Under the pieces are notes generated by a model, which did not search any database, was not told the DNA's origin, and was given only the letters and a program-made list of their open reading frames with translations. A program made the translations under genes and the position numbers. A stretch of 64,000 nt of DNA from a virus: IMG/VR virus record IMGVR_UViG_3300025383_000015, positions 1-64,000 of that record; one strand, 5' to 3'. Shown piece by piece: positions 10,327 through 19,905 of this stretch (the first letter of the stretch is position 1; each line of letters begins with the position of its first letter).

Positions 10327-10989
10327 TTATGATGCGAAGTATGGTGTAATTGTTACAGTATCACCGATTGCTGCAGATGTACCTGCGGCAGTGCCTTGTG
10401 CGTAGATTGTGCCCGCACGAGCAGCAACCTTTGCAGTAACACCTGTGATACCAGAGTGGGCTGTAATGTCTGCGTGTGTTTGTGCCCAACGAATGTTATT
10501 AGCGTCTGGAACAACGGTAATGGTGTGTGTTCCGTTAAGGTCAGCATCGTATGCTGCACTTCCTGAGCCGTTTGTAAGACCAGCGATTGTTACAACATCG
10601 CCAACCTTGTATCCGTGAGCAGTTACAGTTACAGATGCAACGTTAGATGTAAGTGTAATTGCTGTAAGGGCTGGTGTAAATGCAGCCTGTGGAGATGCAA
10701 CAAGTTCTGCATCTTGAAGGGTGTCTGTTGCATTTGCGGTTGTAAGACCGAGAACGTTTGGAACTACAACGTAGTCAACTCCGCCAGATTGAGAACCTGT
10801 GGTGTTTGGTGTGTATCCAGGATAGCCGTTCCAGCCATCTTCTGCGATGTTGTGTGAATCCAATGTGTAATCCAACTTAGCGCTGGTTCCACGGACATCG
10901 TTTGGTTGTAGAGGCATGTTGCCCCATACAAAATCTACTGCCACATTTCCCGCTGAATCGAGAAGGTGACCATCGTTATTCGTAGCCAT
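10327..10989 (-). CDS. PASTA-like domain protein with an inserted beta domain
   Basis: VVVPNVLGLTTANATDTL...GTIYAQ..AAGT.....DTVTI (split PASTA) around TAHGYKVGDVVTIAG. Confidence 0.55.
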   Translation of the reverse strand: MATNNDGHLLDSAGNVAVDFVWGNMPLQPNDVRGTSAKLDYTLDSHNIAEDGWNGYPGYTPNTTGSQSGGVDYVVVPNVLGLTTANATDTLQDAELVASPQAAFTPALTAITLTSNVASVTVTAHGYKVGDVVTIAGLTNGSGSAAYDADLNGTHTITVVPDANNIRWAQTHADITAHSGITGVTAKVAARAGTIYAQGTAAGTSAAIGDTVTITPYFAS

Positions 10990-11221
10990 TTATTTCCTCA
11001 CAATCATGATTGGTTAGTTCAGCCTCCAAAAGTACTTCTTCGCAGTCGCGACATCTGAAGAAGCGTGTATCGTCTAGTCCAACGTGTAAAGAGTCCGCGT
11101 GTGATTCGTCGTATGCCATCTTTGGTTGGGCTAGAACTTCTGATGGAAACGGGCCTTGAGGGCTGTGCGCTCCTGATGGTACAGCATGTCCCTGTACCGC
11201 GAACTTGCGAATGACCTTCAT
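10976..11221 (-). CDS. Small Zn-finger protein
   Basis: CRDC...HDC. Confidence 0.55.
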   Translation of the reverse strand: MKVIRKFAVQGHAVPSGAHSPQGPFPSEVLAQPKMAYDESHADSLHVGLDDTRFFRCRDCEEVLLEAELTNHDCEEINGYE

Positions 11222-11448
11222 TATTCTGAAGGTGTTGCTGGCGTTGCCTTCTTTGTTTTCGCCTTATTTGCAAGCGCTTCTGTGGCAGCGGCTGCTTCTG
11301 CAGCGTATTGGTTAGTTGTACGAAGAAGTCCAGCAATCTTTCGTGCTTCTAAAAATGCAGGAAGATGCGGCTCACAATACGGAATTGACTTCTTTTTGCT
11401 GATGTCATAAACATACATTGCATCAGAGTTACAGTTTGCACACTTCAT
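11221..11448 (-). CDS. Small Zn-finger protein
   Basis: CANC...YCEPH. Confidence 0.6.
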   Translation of the reverse strand: MKCANCNSDAMYVYDISKKKSIPYCEPHLPAFLEARKIAGLLRTTNQYAAEAAAATEALANKAKTKKATPATPSE

Positions 11449-11780
11449 GGATATTGCTCCAATCCTAATTTAACGTCATAACCGCCACTCATTGGCCCTG
11501 GACGTGATGGGTCGGGGAATATCCCATCAAGTTGTGCTCTCTTCTCTGGAGAGATATCTGGATGATTTGCTACGGACTGTGCCCTGTTCCAAAACTCTGG
11601 AGGATACATTCCAAAATTACGAAGTATTTGTCCCTGAGTTTTAAGGTTAGGATTAGCGCTAGAACGAATAGCAAAGTCTAAAATTTTATGATCGATAGCA
11701 CTGAGTGGAGGAGTCTTTGAGTTTACTCCTGCGTTAAAGTGCTCATACGAACTATCGTCGTGCGCTAATTGGCCAGCCAT
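11445..11780 (-). CDS. Hypothetical protein
   Basis: ORF in a tightly packed operon. Confidence 0.55.
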   Translation of the reverse strand: MAGQLAHDDSSYEHFNAGVNSKTPPLSAIDHKILDFAIRSSANPNLKTQGQILRNFGMYPPEFWNRAQSVANHPDISPEKRAQLDGIFPDPSRPGPMSGGYDVKLGLEQYP

Positions 11781-11782
11781 AG

Positions 11783-12157
11783 TTACTTCTTTTTAGGCTT
11801 GGTTCCTGGAGCAGTTGGCTTATTGCCGCTTTGCTTAACAGGTACTGGGGTTACTTTTGCTCCAGTGATTGGGTGGATCGCTGTTTTGTTCTTAAGTGTT
11901 CCTGGCATTGGTGCTCCTGTAGTTGATGGATTTATTGGTCCGCGCTTACGATACCCAGGCATCGGTGCCCCAGTGTTTTCTGGAGTAGGCGTTGCCCTGT
12001 GTACGACCTGCATCGTAGAGGCATCATCAAGTTTATTCTGCTTATATTTCTCGTGCTCTAAAAGCATTTTTTTATATGAAGTCTTTTTTGCGCCCCTGAG
12101 CGTGCTTTCAATTTTATCTACTGCCCAGTCTCCTGGGTTGATTGAAGTGATGCTCAT
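11783..12157 (-). CDS. Basic Pro-rich hypothetical protein
   Basis: Internal TGAPMPG repeat; probably leaderless start. Confidence 0.55.
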   Translation of the reverse strand: MSITSINPGDWAVDKIESTLRGAKKTSYKKMLLEHEKYKQNKLDDASTMQVVHRATPTPENTGAPMPGYRKRGPINPSTTGAPMPGTLKNKTAIHPITGAKVTPVPVKQSGNKPTAPGTKPKKK

Positions 12158-12171
12158 AAGGCTATCTTCCC

Positions 12172-12558
12172 CTAGTTTGCAGCGGGAGTCTTAGTATTTG
12201 TAATGCAATTTTCAATGGTAATTAGGCGATCGCCCATCTCTACAAACGCTTCAAGCAGTTTGTCTTGTACTTCTATTACTTTAGACTGGTTTGCGTAGAG
12301 TTTATCTACTTTGTCTTTGGTGGTGCTTCCACCATTATTGCTAAGTTCGCCATCTAGTTTGTTAAGGCGTTCCATCACTCCAGGAACTCGATCACGTCCT
12401 GGAGAGGCTTCTTCGCCTTCCCAATCGCGCATGAAGCGCTCCATCCAATGCACCCATCGACGAACGCGAACATAACCAGGCTTAATAAGAAATCCTAGAC
12501 TGACGAGACCGCCAGTGACACTGGCAAAAACTACCCAAAAAGTATTTGTCACTGGCAA
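12172..12558 (-). CDS. Membrane protein (actinophage lysis-cassette type)
   Basis: N-terminal TM helix; W.GE...PG....PGVMERL...EL..NGGS..KD. Confidence 0.7.
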   Translation of the reverse strand: MPVTNTFWVVFASVTGGLVSLGFLIKPGYVRVRRWVHWMERFMRDWEGEEASPGRDRVPGVMERLNKLDGELSNNGGSTTKDKVDKLYANQSKVIEVQDKLLEAFVEMGDRLITIENCITNTKTPAAN

Positions 12559-12571
12559 TCTCCTGAATCAG

Positions 12572-12859
12572 TTACTTGTTGTTCTGTGCAATTGTCTTTT
12601 CAGCATCTGATGTTGCTGCTGCCACACCTTCAGCGACGACAGCCTCTGGGAGACCTGTCTTCTTAGAGATAATGTTAGCAACTGATGCTGGGTTCAACTT
12701 TGCAAGTGCTGGAGCAACCAAACCTGCTGCAAGTGCCCAAATGACTGACTTGTAGTCGTGATGGCCTGGTGTCTTCAACGTGATTCCGACGATACCGATA
12801 GCAGTACCAGCGGTTGCATATACGTAGTGCTCTACGAGAGCAAGATACTTCTTGTTCAT
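12572..12859 (-). CDS. Holin-like membrane protein
   Basis: Two TM segments; A.LVAPAL..LNP motif. Confidence 0.55.
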   Translation of the reverse strand: MNKKYLALVEHYVYATAGTAIGIVGITLKTPGHHDYKSVIWALAAGLVAPALAKLNPASVANIISKKTGLPEAVVAEGVAAATSDAEKTIAQNNK

Positions 12860-12879
12860 GGATCTCCTAATTAGGTTGG

Positions 12880-13062
12880 TTAGTTCTTATCCTTGGGGTT
12901 ACGAAGTCGAAATGTCGCAATCCACAAGAATAAGGAAATAAGCGTAGCATCGCCTACCACAGTTTTGGCGCTACCTGTAAGTACCAACCATGCTGAGAAA
13001 AGGCCTACAAAGGTCCAAATCTGGTTAGCAAGGTCTGCCAATAGGGATTTAATGAACTTCAT
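12880..13062 (-). CDS. Small two-TM membrane protein
   Basis: Hydrophobic; translationally coupled to the PA14 gene. Confidence 0.65.
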   Translation of the reverse strand: MKFIKSLLADLANQIWTFVGLFSAWLVLTGSAKTVVGDATLISLFLWIATFRLRNPKDKN

Positions 13063-15884
13063 TATGACCTCTTTCTAAATCGTGCAATAGCGCCACCTAC
13101 AACGGTGACTACTAAGATCTTTTTGGCTTTCTTTCTTGTTACTGGTGACATGTCGTTACCAATGTTCTCCATGGCGGCAAATGTTTGACTTACCGCTTGG
13201 ATTCCTGGCACTGCCGCTAATGCTCCTGTTACAGGGGTAGCAACGACAGGGACGGCAATGTCAGGAGCGTTAAATGCTGTTCCACCTGGTTGTCCAATAA
13301 ATGTGTCAGTAGTAGTAATCGCTTCTGGTGGAATAGGTAGGCCAGACCCTGGAGGAGGGGGTGGTGGAGTCAACTTTCCATCTTCCCCAATTACTTGTGG
13401 GGCAGTCTTTGTTCCAAAGAACTGAATACCACCATTCTCAACTCCTGGCTTATCCACCTGAATGTGTGGAACAAGTGCTGTTACAGGAGGAAGAACAGGT
13501 GTAGTGTCAGGCAAAGAATTAGGGTTATCAGGTATTAAGTTAGGAGAAGAAGATGTCGATGGGCTTGGTGTTGGCTGCGGTGTTGGCGATTCTTGGGGTG
13601 TTGGTGTCGAAGACGGCGAAGGAACAGGGGTTGGTTGAGGTGTCGTGGTTGGTGTTGGTGTTGACTGAGGTAATGTCGGTGATGGTTCTGGCGATGGCGT
13701 TTGTGAAGGGGTAGGAGATGCAGTATCAGTTGGTGTCGGTGTTGGCGCAGGTGAAGCATCGGAAGCGCTTGGAGATGGAGTCGGGTCAGGTGTCTGACTG
13801 GGTGTTGCGCTTGGAGAAGGAGTTGGAGTTGGCGTTGGAGTCGCTGCAGCCGCACGATCAGCAGCCGCTTGAGCCCTGGCAGCAAGATCAGCAGCAGCCT
13901 TGGCTGCGGCTGCATCCGCAGCAGCCTTAGCAGCAGCAGCGTCTGCCGCTTGCTTATCAGCAATTGCTTGTTGAATTGTGGCTGTTGAATCGGAAACTAC
14001 AGTCGCAGCAGTATTAGCGTCTTGTACTGCCTGTGTCGCAGCGTCATTTGCAGTAGATAACGTTGAAGCAGCAGTTGCCTGTGCTACTTGAAGTACTGTT
14101 TGAGCAGTTGCTTGTTGTGCAACCGCAGCATCGTAGTCTGATTGCGCTTGCGCTTGTGCAACCTGTTGTGCTGATAGTTCTGTTTGAGCGCTGGTCAATT
14201 GCGCTTGTAAATAGTCAAGGGTAGATTGATCTGTGGTTAATTGGGCTTGCGCAGCAGCCAAATCTGCTTGTGCTTGATTAAAAGCATCCGTGTCTGCGCT
14301 AACTGCAGCATTTGCGTTTGCTAAGGATGTTTGAAGAGACTGCAAAGTCTGCTGATCGTTTGTCAAAGTGGTTTGAGCAGCCTGAGCAGCAGAAACTAGC
14401 ACTGGGTCTTTCACAGTTCCTGTTGTTGTGTGACTAAAGTTTTGAGCAGTAGGAGATGTAAAGTACTGGTTGTTTACAGCCCAACCTAAAGTTACTCCAG
14501 CACCACCACCATTTTCGTAGTAGTACAGGGTAATGTCTTGTGTTTTGTTGGTAGAAACGTCAAACGATTGGCTGTATGCGCTCCAGTTTAGGCCTTGATC
14601 TCTCCAGTTGTTAATGACAAGAGTTCCATCAATATAAAGACGAGCACCGTCATCTGAGTACACAGCGTATTTGATTGTGTTCATTGCAGCATCAGCCGTA
14701 ATCTGCCCAGAAAAGATGATAATGACGTGGTCAGATAAACCAGAGTTAAGAAGTTGACCACTGCCCCAGTTGTAAGAGATTTGCGGAACTACTGTGGTTA
14801 GCACTGGTACAGCGTTTGCTGATGGATACGCAGGAGATGCCCCATTAGCGGCTGCATACACTTTTGCAATAAGCCCTGGTGCTTGGACAGTACCAGTAAC
14901 TGCAGAAGCATTAGCGGCTGCTTGAGCATTTTGAAGATCGGTTGCATCCGTAACAACTGTGGCTGTAGCAGTATCTACTTGTTGAGAAATACTTGTGAGT
15001 GTGGTTTGGTCATCAGCAACCAGTCCAGATGCTGCGTCTACAACACCCTGTTGCGTATCTACTGTATTTTGACTTGATGCCACAACTTGAGTTTGTGATT
15101 GAACTTGAGCAGTAGTTGTATCTACAAGTGTTTGTGCTGCCGCAGTATTTGCAGTTTGAACTGTAAGAGTCTCTTGTGCGGCTGCAACTGTGGCGGTTGC
15201 AGAGTCAACACCTGCCTGAGCAAACGGCACAACTGCAGCAGCAGCCTGGGCGGTAGATAAGGCGTTGTTAGCCGTAGCGATAGACGCAAGTGCTGCCTGC
15301 ACTACAACGGTAGCGCTATCTACGGCGGACTGAGCAGTAGGAATTTGAGTAACTAAAACTTGTACATCAGGGATTTGAGACAGTGTTGCAGTAGAGTTGT
15401 CTACAGCAGTCTGTACTGTGGCAGTTGCTGAGTCGAGTATTGAGGAGACCGAATCCAATGTTACCGTGGACGTATCGGAAGAAGATTGCGGAGTTAGAGG
15501 AGCAGATTGAACAGTATCAGAGGGATCGGGCACAACTACTGAAGGTTGTGAAACTGATGGATCACTCGTTAGAACGGGAACAAGAGTTGACGAAGCGTTT
15601 GACAAAGAGTTTGATTGAGAAGAAGAGGAAGAAGTAGATGTTAATTGCTGTGGGTTTGATGGTTGTTGGGTTACTGTTGGTGTCTCTTGGGATGTACTTG
15701 GCGTGTTTAGAGAATCGTTGGTGGAAAGAGTTTGAGAAGGAACTGCGGAATCGCCAGGAGTAGAGTCTGCGTGAACAGGCATGCCAAAGGGAAAGCAGAA
15801 CAATGCAATTGTTCCGCCTAAACTTGCTTTGATTATCCTTGTGCGTGCTTCAGATTGTGCTGCGAATGTACGCAGTGGTTTCAA
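13062..15884 (-). CDS. Secreted/surface protein with PA14 domain, coiled-coil stalk, Pro/Thr/Ser linker and C-terminal anchor
   Basis: Signal peptide ending VHA-D; PA14 motifs ISYNWGSG, SDDGARLYIDG, YYENGGGA; basic-hydrophobic C-terminus. Confidence 0.85.
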   Translation of the reverse strand: MKPLRTFAAQSEARTRIIKASLGGTIALFCFPFGMPVHADSTPGDSAVPSQTLSTNDSLNTPSTSQETPTVTQQPSNPQQLTSTSSSSSQSNSLSNASSTLVPVLTSDPSVSQPSVVVPDPSDTVQSAPLTPQSSSDTSTVTLDSVSSILDSATATVQTAVDNSTATLSQIPDVQVLVTQIPTAQSAVDSATVVVQAALASIATANNALSTAQAAAAVVPFAQAGVDSATATVAAAQETLTVQTANTAAAQTLVDTTTAQVQSQTQVVASSQNTVDTQQGVVDAASGLVADDQTTLTSISQQVDTATATVVTDATDLQNAQAAANASAVTGTVQAPGLIAKVYAAANGASPAYPSANAVPVLTTVVPQISYNWGSGQLLNSGLSDHVIIIFSGQITADAAMNTIKYAVYSDDGARLYIDGTLVINNWRDQGLNWSAYSQSFDVSTNKTQDITLYYYENGGGAGVTLGWAVNNQYFTSPTAQNFSHTTTGTVKDPVLVSAAQAAQTTLTNDQQTLQSLQTSLANANAAVSADTDAFNQAQADLAAAQAQLTTDQSTLDYLQAQLTSAQTELSAQQVAQAQAQSDYDAAVAQQATAQTVLQVAQATAASTLSTANDAATQAVQDANTAATVVSDSTATIQQAIADKQAADAAAAKAAADAAAAKAAADLAARAQAAADRAAAATPTPTPTPSPSATPSQTPDPTPSPSASDASPAPTPTPTDTASPTPSQTPSPEPSPTLPQSTPTPTTTPQPTPVPSPSSTPTPQESPTPQPTPSPSTSSSPNLIPDNPNSLPDTTPVLPPVTALVPHIQVDKPGVENGGIQFFGTKTAPQVIGEDGKLTPPPPPPGSGLPIPPEAITTTDTFIGQPGGTAFNAPDIAVPVVATPVTGALAAVPGIQAVSQTFAAMENIGNDMSPVTRKKAKKILVVTVVGGAIARFRKRS

Positions 15885-15918
15885 CTATTCCCCTCGGAAT
15901 GTTAATTGCCTCAGTTAA

Positions 15919-16125
15919 TTATAACGGCTTCCAGTTTTTCTTCACTATGAAGTTTTCCCCACCAGAGTTTACAGACTCACCTTCAACCCCTCGGCCAGGA
16001 GATGACCAGGTAACAACAGACGGATTAGCAACCGATTTAAGTGTTGGCTGAACGTATTGGAACTCTTGTTTAACACTTTTGCGGTTATTTACCTTTAATA
16101 CTTTTCTATTAAGTTGCTTACTCAT
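15919..16125 (-). CDS. Small basic protein
   Basis: ATGA overlap with the upstream gene. Confidence 0.55.
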   Translation of the reverse strand: MSKQLNRKVLKVNNRKSVKQEFQYVQPTLKSVANPSVVTWSSPGRGVEGESVNSGGENFIVKKNWKPL

Positions 16126-16427
16126 GCTGGCGATCCTCCAGCAGCACCTGCAGCACTTGATGCGGCTCCGCCTTCACCCAAGCCATTAGCAGTGCTAAGT
16201 CCCATTGAATCTTCTGTAGTAGCCTGAGCAGGGTATTGAGTAGATGCATCCGATGTGGACGTTACAAGATTACCTGCAGATAGTGCACTGGTGTAAGCAG
16301 GGTACATTGTGTACGCATTACCGATTCCCACATAAGTTCCAGCAAGGCCTTCTCTCATAGAGCGGTGACGTTGCATCGCTTCGATGTCGTTGGCTTTTTC
16401 AAACTGCTTACGACTAAGATTGCTCAC
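16122..16427 (-). CDS. Hypothetical protein with N-terminal LSRKQF tag
   Basis: Start reassigned to GTG 16427 after GAAGGA, giving MSNLSRKQF. Confidence 0.6.
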   Translation of the reverse strand: MSNLSRKQFEKANDIEAMQRHRSMREGLAGTYVGIGNAYTMYPAYTSALSAGNLVTSTSDASTQYPAQATTEDSMGLSTANGLGEGGAASSAAGAAGGSPA

Positions 16428-16587
16428 TGATGTTTCCTTCGTTGTAGTTTCCGTAATCTCCGTTTGGTCCGCCATACATACCGTTACTTACATGGTCAAA
16501 CTGAACTGCAGATAGTCTGCTTGCTGGATGATCGTGCGAGTTGTAGTATGCAGTTGTGGTTAAGCGCGTAGGCTCATTGCTTGCCAT
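16414..16587 (-). CDS. Small hypothetical protein (contains LSAVQF)
   Basis: ATG 16587, MASNEPTR. Confidence 0.5.
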   Translation of the reverse strand: MASNEPTRLTTTAYYNSHDHPASRLSAVQFDHVSNGMYGGPNGDYGNYNEGNISEQS

Positions 16588-16780
16588 AGTTAAACACGCC
16601 CTCTGGATCAAATACTGAGATCGACTTCAACACTAGGGGAGTACCAACTTCACGAGCATGATGCCCGCAAAAGAGCAATTCTCCTGAAACCAACTTTGCG
16701 CGAACCTTTGCTTGAGCACCGCATTTATCGCAGCGATCTTGCGCTGTAAAATCAACCTGGGACTCAAGTGTGGTTGTCAT
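16574..16780 (-). CDS. Actinobacterial-type Zn-ribbon protein
   Basis: FTAQDRCDKCGAQA...GELLFCGHH. Confidence 0.7.
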   Translation of the reverse strand: MTTTLESQVDFTAQDRCDKCGAQAKVRAKLVSGELLFCGHHAREVGTPLVLKSISVFDPEGVFNYGKQ

Positions 16781-16938
16781 GGCTTTAGTTTGCCCTCTTT
16801 TTCCTCTGGTGTATGGGCATAATATGACCATAGACGCTTACACAAAATCATATTTCTGCGAGATATGTGGTACTAAGTATGTAGTACCATCGTTGGCTCG
16901 ACATTGCGAATTAAAGCACTTACATTCGGAGGAAAATA

Positions 16939-17124
16939 ATGGCGGTATATGAGTATTCATGCATTCAATGTGACACTACAGTAGACAAAGAGCGCAGCAT
17001 CCACGATCCAGAACCAGAATACTTCTGTGAATCGTGTGGCTACGCCCTTACTCGAGTCTATTCTCCGTTTGGACTTTCATTTAAAGGTGGAGGTTTTTAC
17101 TCCACTGAAAGTCGTAACGTTTAG
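16939..17124 (+). CDS. FmdB-family Zn-ribbon protein
   Basis: YEYSCIQC...CESCG...FKGGGFYSTE. Confidence 0.85.
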   Translation: MAVYEYSCIQCDTTVDKERSIHDPEPEYFCESCGYALTRVYSPFGLSFKGGGFYSTESRNV

Positions 17125-17582
17125 TTGTAGTCAGGTGCAATAACTGGTGGAACTGGTGCTGCAGTAGGAACCGCAGGATCAGCAACCACTGGAGCAGCAG
17201 GTGCTGCAGGGGTTGTATCCACTGGAGCAGCAACAGGTGCGGTTGGCGCAGCAGGTGTGATTGATCCATCAGTAGCAGAGACTGTCATATCAGTTCCTGC
17301 TTGACGTGCTTCTACGGCAAGATCAGCAGCAGTCTTAGCCTGAGTATCGACTGCAGCAAATGCTGCGTTGATTTCGTCGAGTGTCAACTTGCCGTCATCC
17401 ATAAATCCACGAGCCAACTTTTCGATAACAGTTGCACATGCGGTAAGTCCTGCAACGGTCATTGCCTTAAGAGTTGAAATGTGTGCGATAGCACCAGCAC
17501 CGATAACTCCGAGAGCGCTTGCTGTGAAGGCTGCGACTATGCGCATCAACACGTTCCAAAATAGTTTGATATTGTCTTTCAT
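17121..17582 (-). CDS. Membrane protein with EF-hand-like motif and Pro/Ala tail
   Basis: TM segments; DDGKLTLDEIN. Confidence 0.65.
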   Translation of the reverse strand: MKDNIKLFWNVLMRIVAAFTASALGVIGAGAIAHISTLKAMTVAGLTACATVIEKLARGFMDDGKLTLDEINAAFAAVDTQAKTAADLAVEARQAGTDMTVSATDGSITPAAPTAPVAAPVDTTPAAPAAPVVADPAVPTAAPVPPVIAPDYN

Positions 17583-17610
17583 TTCAACCCCTAGGTTGCT
17601 AGAGCCCCCT

Positions 17611-18072
17611 CTAGTTTGCCTTTTTTGCGTCTATGCCTTCCTTGCGGAACATTTTAACATTCTTCTTCTTATCGTCATATGCCTTCTTGACTTCAAAATT
17701 AGGCAAGATTCTCTCTTCAAGAATATGTTTCTTAACTTTTTTATCTTTTTCATCGTTATCGATGGGGCGCATATACAACTGGTCGTAAGGAACGCCGTTC
17801 TTGTGTAACCAGTTCTTTGTGTCAGAGCGATAATGGGCTGACCGAGCAGTCAGAATGATGACGTCTCGTCCCTTTTGTTTTGCTTCTTTTGCCAGTGCAA
17901 CCATGTGAGGAAAAGCGGGGGCATGATCAGCAGCCTGACGAAACTCATCGCTATTAATTTTATGTAATGCTTCATAGTCTTTAATATCTGCCAGAGTTCC
18001 GTCAAGGTCGAAGATAACGGCCTTTTTGCTGCGCTTATTGCGCCCAATCTCAAAAGAGTCGTTTTTATCCAT
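17611..18072 (-). CDS. HAD phosphatase (PNKP 3'-phosphatase-like)
   Basis: FDLDGTLAD, LTAR, LYMRP...D..VK, YDD. Confidence 0.85.
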   Translation of the reverse strand: MDKNDSFEIGRNKRSKKAVIFDLDGTLADIKDYEALHKINSDEFRQAADHAPAFPHMVALAKEAKQKGRDVIILTARSAHYRSDTKNWLHKNGVPYDQLYMRPIDNDEKDKKVKKHILEERILPNFEVKKAYDDKKKNVKMFRKEGIDAKKAN

Positions 18073-18082
18073 TAGGCTATTA

Positions 18083-18394
18083 TCAATCAGCCTGAATGCC
18101 GATACTCTCTAAATACTTATCTTTCTCTGAAAGAAGGTAATCCTTAATCTCTTGCTGACGTGTTTCAATCATCTCTTCTGTCTTTGTAACCATATCTTGT
18201 TCTAATTCATCCTTGTGCTCGTTAAACTGCTCTACGGCGTAGTCCAGTACTGATTGAAATTTTGCGGCAGTAATCTGTGCCTCAGTCCAACGGTCTTCCG
18301 CTTCCTTATTACGCTTTGCAATAATCGCGTCTAGTTGGAGCGCTTGGCGCTCTTCAATCTTCTTTTGTCGGTTTGATTTATAGTAGGTTTCCAT
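18083..18394 (-). CDS. Coiled-coil hypothetical protein
   Basis: Clean ORF with RBS. Confidence 0.6.
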   Translation of the reverse strand: METYYKSNRQKKIEERQALQLDAIIAKRNKEAEDRWTEAQITAAKFQSVLDYAVEQFNEHKDELEQDMVTKTEEMIETRQQEIKDYLLSEKDKYLESIGIQAD

Positions 18395-18403
18395 GTCGGT
18401 ACC

Positions 18404-18976
18404 TTATCGTGTTTCTTGTACGTAAATACGTGTCTCTCCACCAGAGTAGACATCATACTCTTTAGCGGCGTCAATAGCGATCGCCATCTCTTTCTTTGCC
18501 TTTTCGATAGTGCTAAGGTCTTTCTTGTACAAAGAGCCTGCAGCAAAGTCTCCACCGCTACCAGATGAGGTAACACCGCGAATTTCACGGTCAAATGAGT
18601 AGTCCTCATCAACCCAGAAAACAACGCCCTGAACTGCAACGATAAACGCACCATCGTGCTGCGCGAACTCGCCATCGTCCTTCATGTCGTAGCCGCCATC
18701 AATAAATAACTTACGCATGGATGGAATAAATGTTCGAGCCATCCACTTGTCTAACTCATCGACAGTCATACGTGACTTGCGAGGCTTTGGTGCTTGCCAA
18801 GCCTTCTGCATCAAGTCCATACCGCGACCCATGCCACAACCAGCGATAAGAATGCCATTGTTGTTAATTACTTTGTCATTTGCCATTTGAAGGCGTTTGT
18901 ATTCACTAACGGTAGATTGGGTGTCTGCACCCATGACAACCCATCCATCTCCTTGGATTGCGGCAATAGTAGTCAA
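18404..18976 (-). CDS. Ntn-hydrolase protease (proteasome beta/HslV-like)
   Basis: MTTIAAI...MGADTQ...K...GSGGDFAAG...YSGG; TTG start with GGAGG RBS. Confidence 0.85.
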   Translation of the reverse strand: MTTIAAIQGDGWVVMGADTQSTVSEYKRLQMANDKVINNNGILIAGCGMGRGMDLMQKAWQAPKPRKSRMTVDELDKWMARTFIPSMRKLFIDGGYDMKDDGEFAQHDGAFIVAVQGVVFWVDEDYSFDREIRGVTSSGSGGDFAAGSLYKKDLSTIEKAKKEMAIAIDAAKEYDVYSGGETRIYVQETR

Positions 18977-19056
18977 GAGTCCTCCTCTAGTAGTCGAAAG
19001 CCCCCCTAGCCTAGCAGACTAGAGGGGCGTTCTGGTAAGTGTCCGATTTATCCTAA

Positions 19057-19851
19057 TTAGGCGTTTTGAAATATCTCCGCCCAAGTCTTAGGGCCAACAA
19101 TACCGTTTGAGTCCAAAGCATCAGATTGGGTCTGTACAGCCATGACAGCCTTCTTGGTAAGTGGGCCATATGAGCCGTCAGCGGTCAAATGGAGGGCTGT
19201 TTGGATCGCGGCTACGTTAGGGCCTGAATCTCCTGGTTGGATCGTTCCTGGGAACGGTAAAATGACTTTAGGGGCTGGTGTGGCTGGGTGTGAAGCGGCG
19301 GCTCCAGCATAGGCTGGACGGCCAAATCCGACCACGGTAGACCAGAGGTGGCGTGAGTTATTCGCCTTGTAGCCACGGACGTTAGAAGCGACTTCTCCGC
19401 CGTTATTTGGGCTGCCCTTAGGCTTGATGTCTGGAGAGGTGTTGCCCTCTACAGTGGTGATTGTGCCATCGCCATTATCCTTGAGTACAACACCTACGTG
19501 TTGAATAGGTGATGTTGGTGTGGCATTTGGAACGAATGAGAAGTAGATCAAGTCACCAGGCTGTGGGTGAGCATTTGCAGCATCTGCCCATGTGCCAGCC
19601 TTCTTGAATGCCGCAGCACCGTTTGGTGTGTAGACAGTGTTAGGGATAGTGACGCCTGCTTGATGGGCGCACCACATCATGAATGAGCCGCACCATGGTT
19701 GGAAATTAGCGCCAGTAAATGCGCCGTATGGTGTCTCGTTATCTTTTGGACCTTCAATAACACCGACCTGTGAAAGTGCTACTTCGAGGAAGCGAGCAGC
19801 AGTTCCTGGCTGTGCGTTAGTTACTGGTGGAATTGGTTTTGGGTCTGCCAT
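19057..19851 (-). CDS. Endolysin (CHAP domain plus peptidoglycan-binding domain)
   Basis: PWCGSF, HVGVV, TVEGNT; DGSYGPLTKKAV and GIVGPKTW. Confidence 0.88.
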   Translation of the reverse strand: MADPKPIPPVTNAQPGTAARFLEVALSQVGVIEGPKDNETPYGAFTGANFQPWCGSFMMWCAHQAGVTIPNTVYTPNGAAAFKKAGTWADAANAHPQPGDLIYFSFVPNATPTSPIQHVGVVLKDNGDGTITTVEGNTSPDIKPKGSPNNGGEVASNVRGYKANNSRHLWSTVVGFGRPAYAGAAASHPATPAPKVILPFPGTIQPGDSGPNVAAIQTALHLTADGSYGPLTKKAVMAVQTQSDALDSNGIVGPKTWAEIFQNA

Positions 19852-19905
19852 GGGATCTCCTTGTAGGGTTGAGCCTCAATTGTCTCAGTGTGATAGGTTT
19901 GCCAC

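Noticed and set aside
13540-13850. GGTGTT-type tandem repeats
   Set aside because: Explained by the Pro/Thr/Ser linker of the PA14 protein
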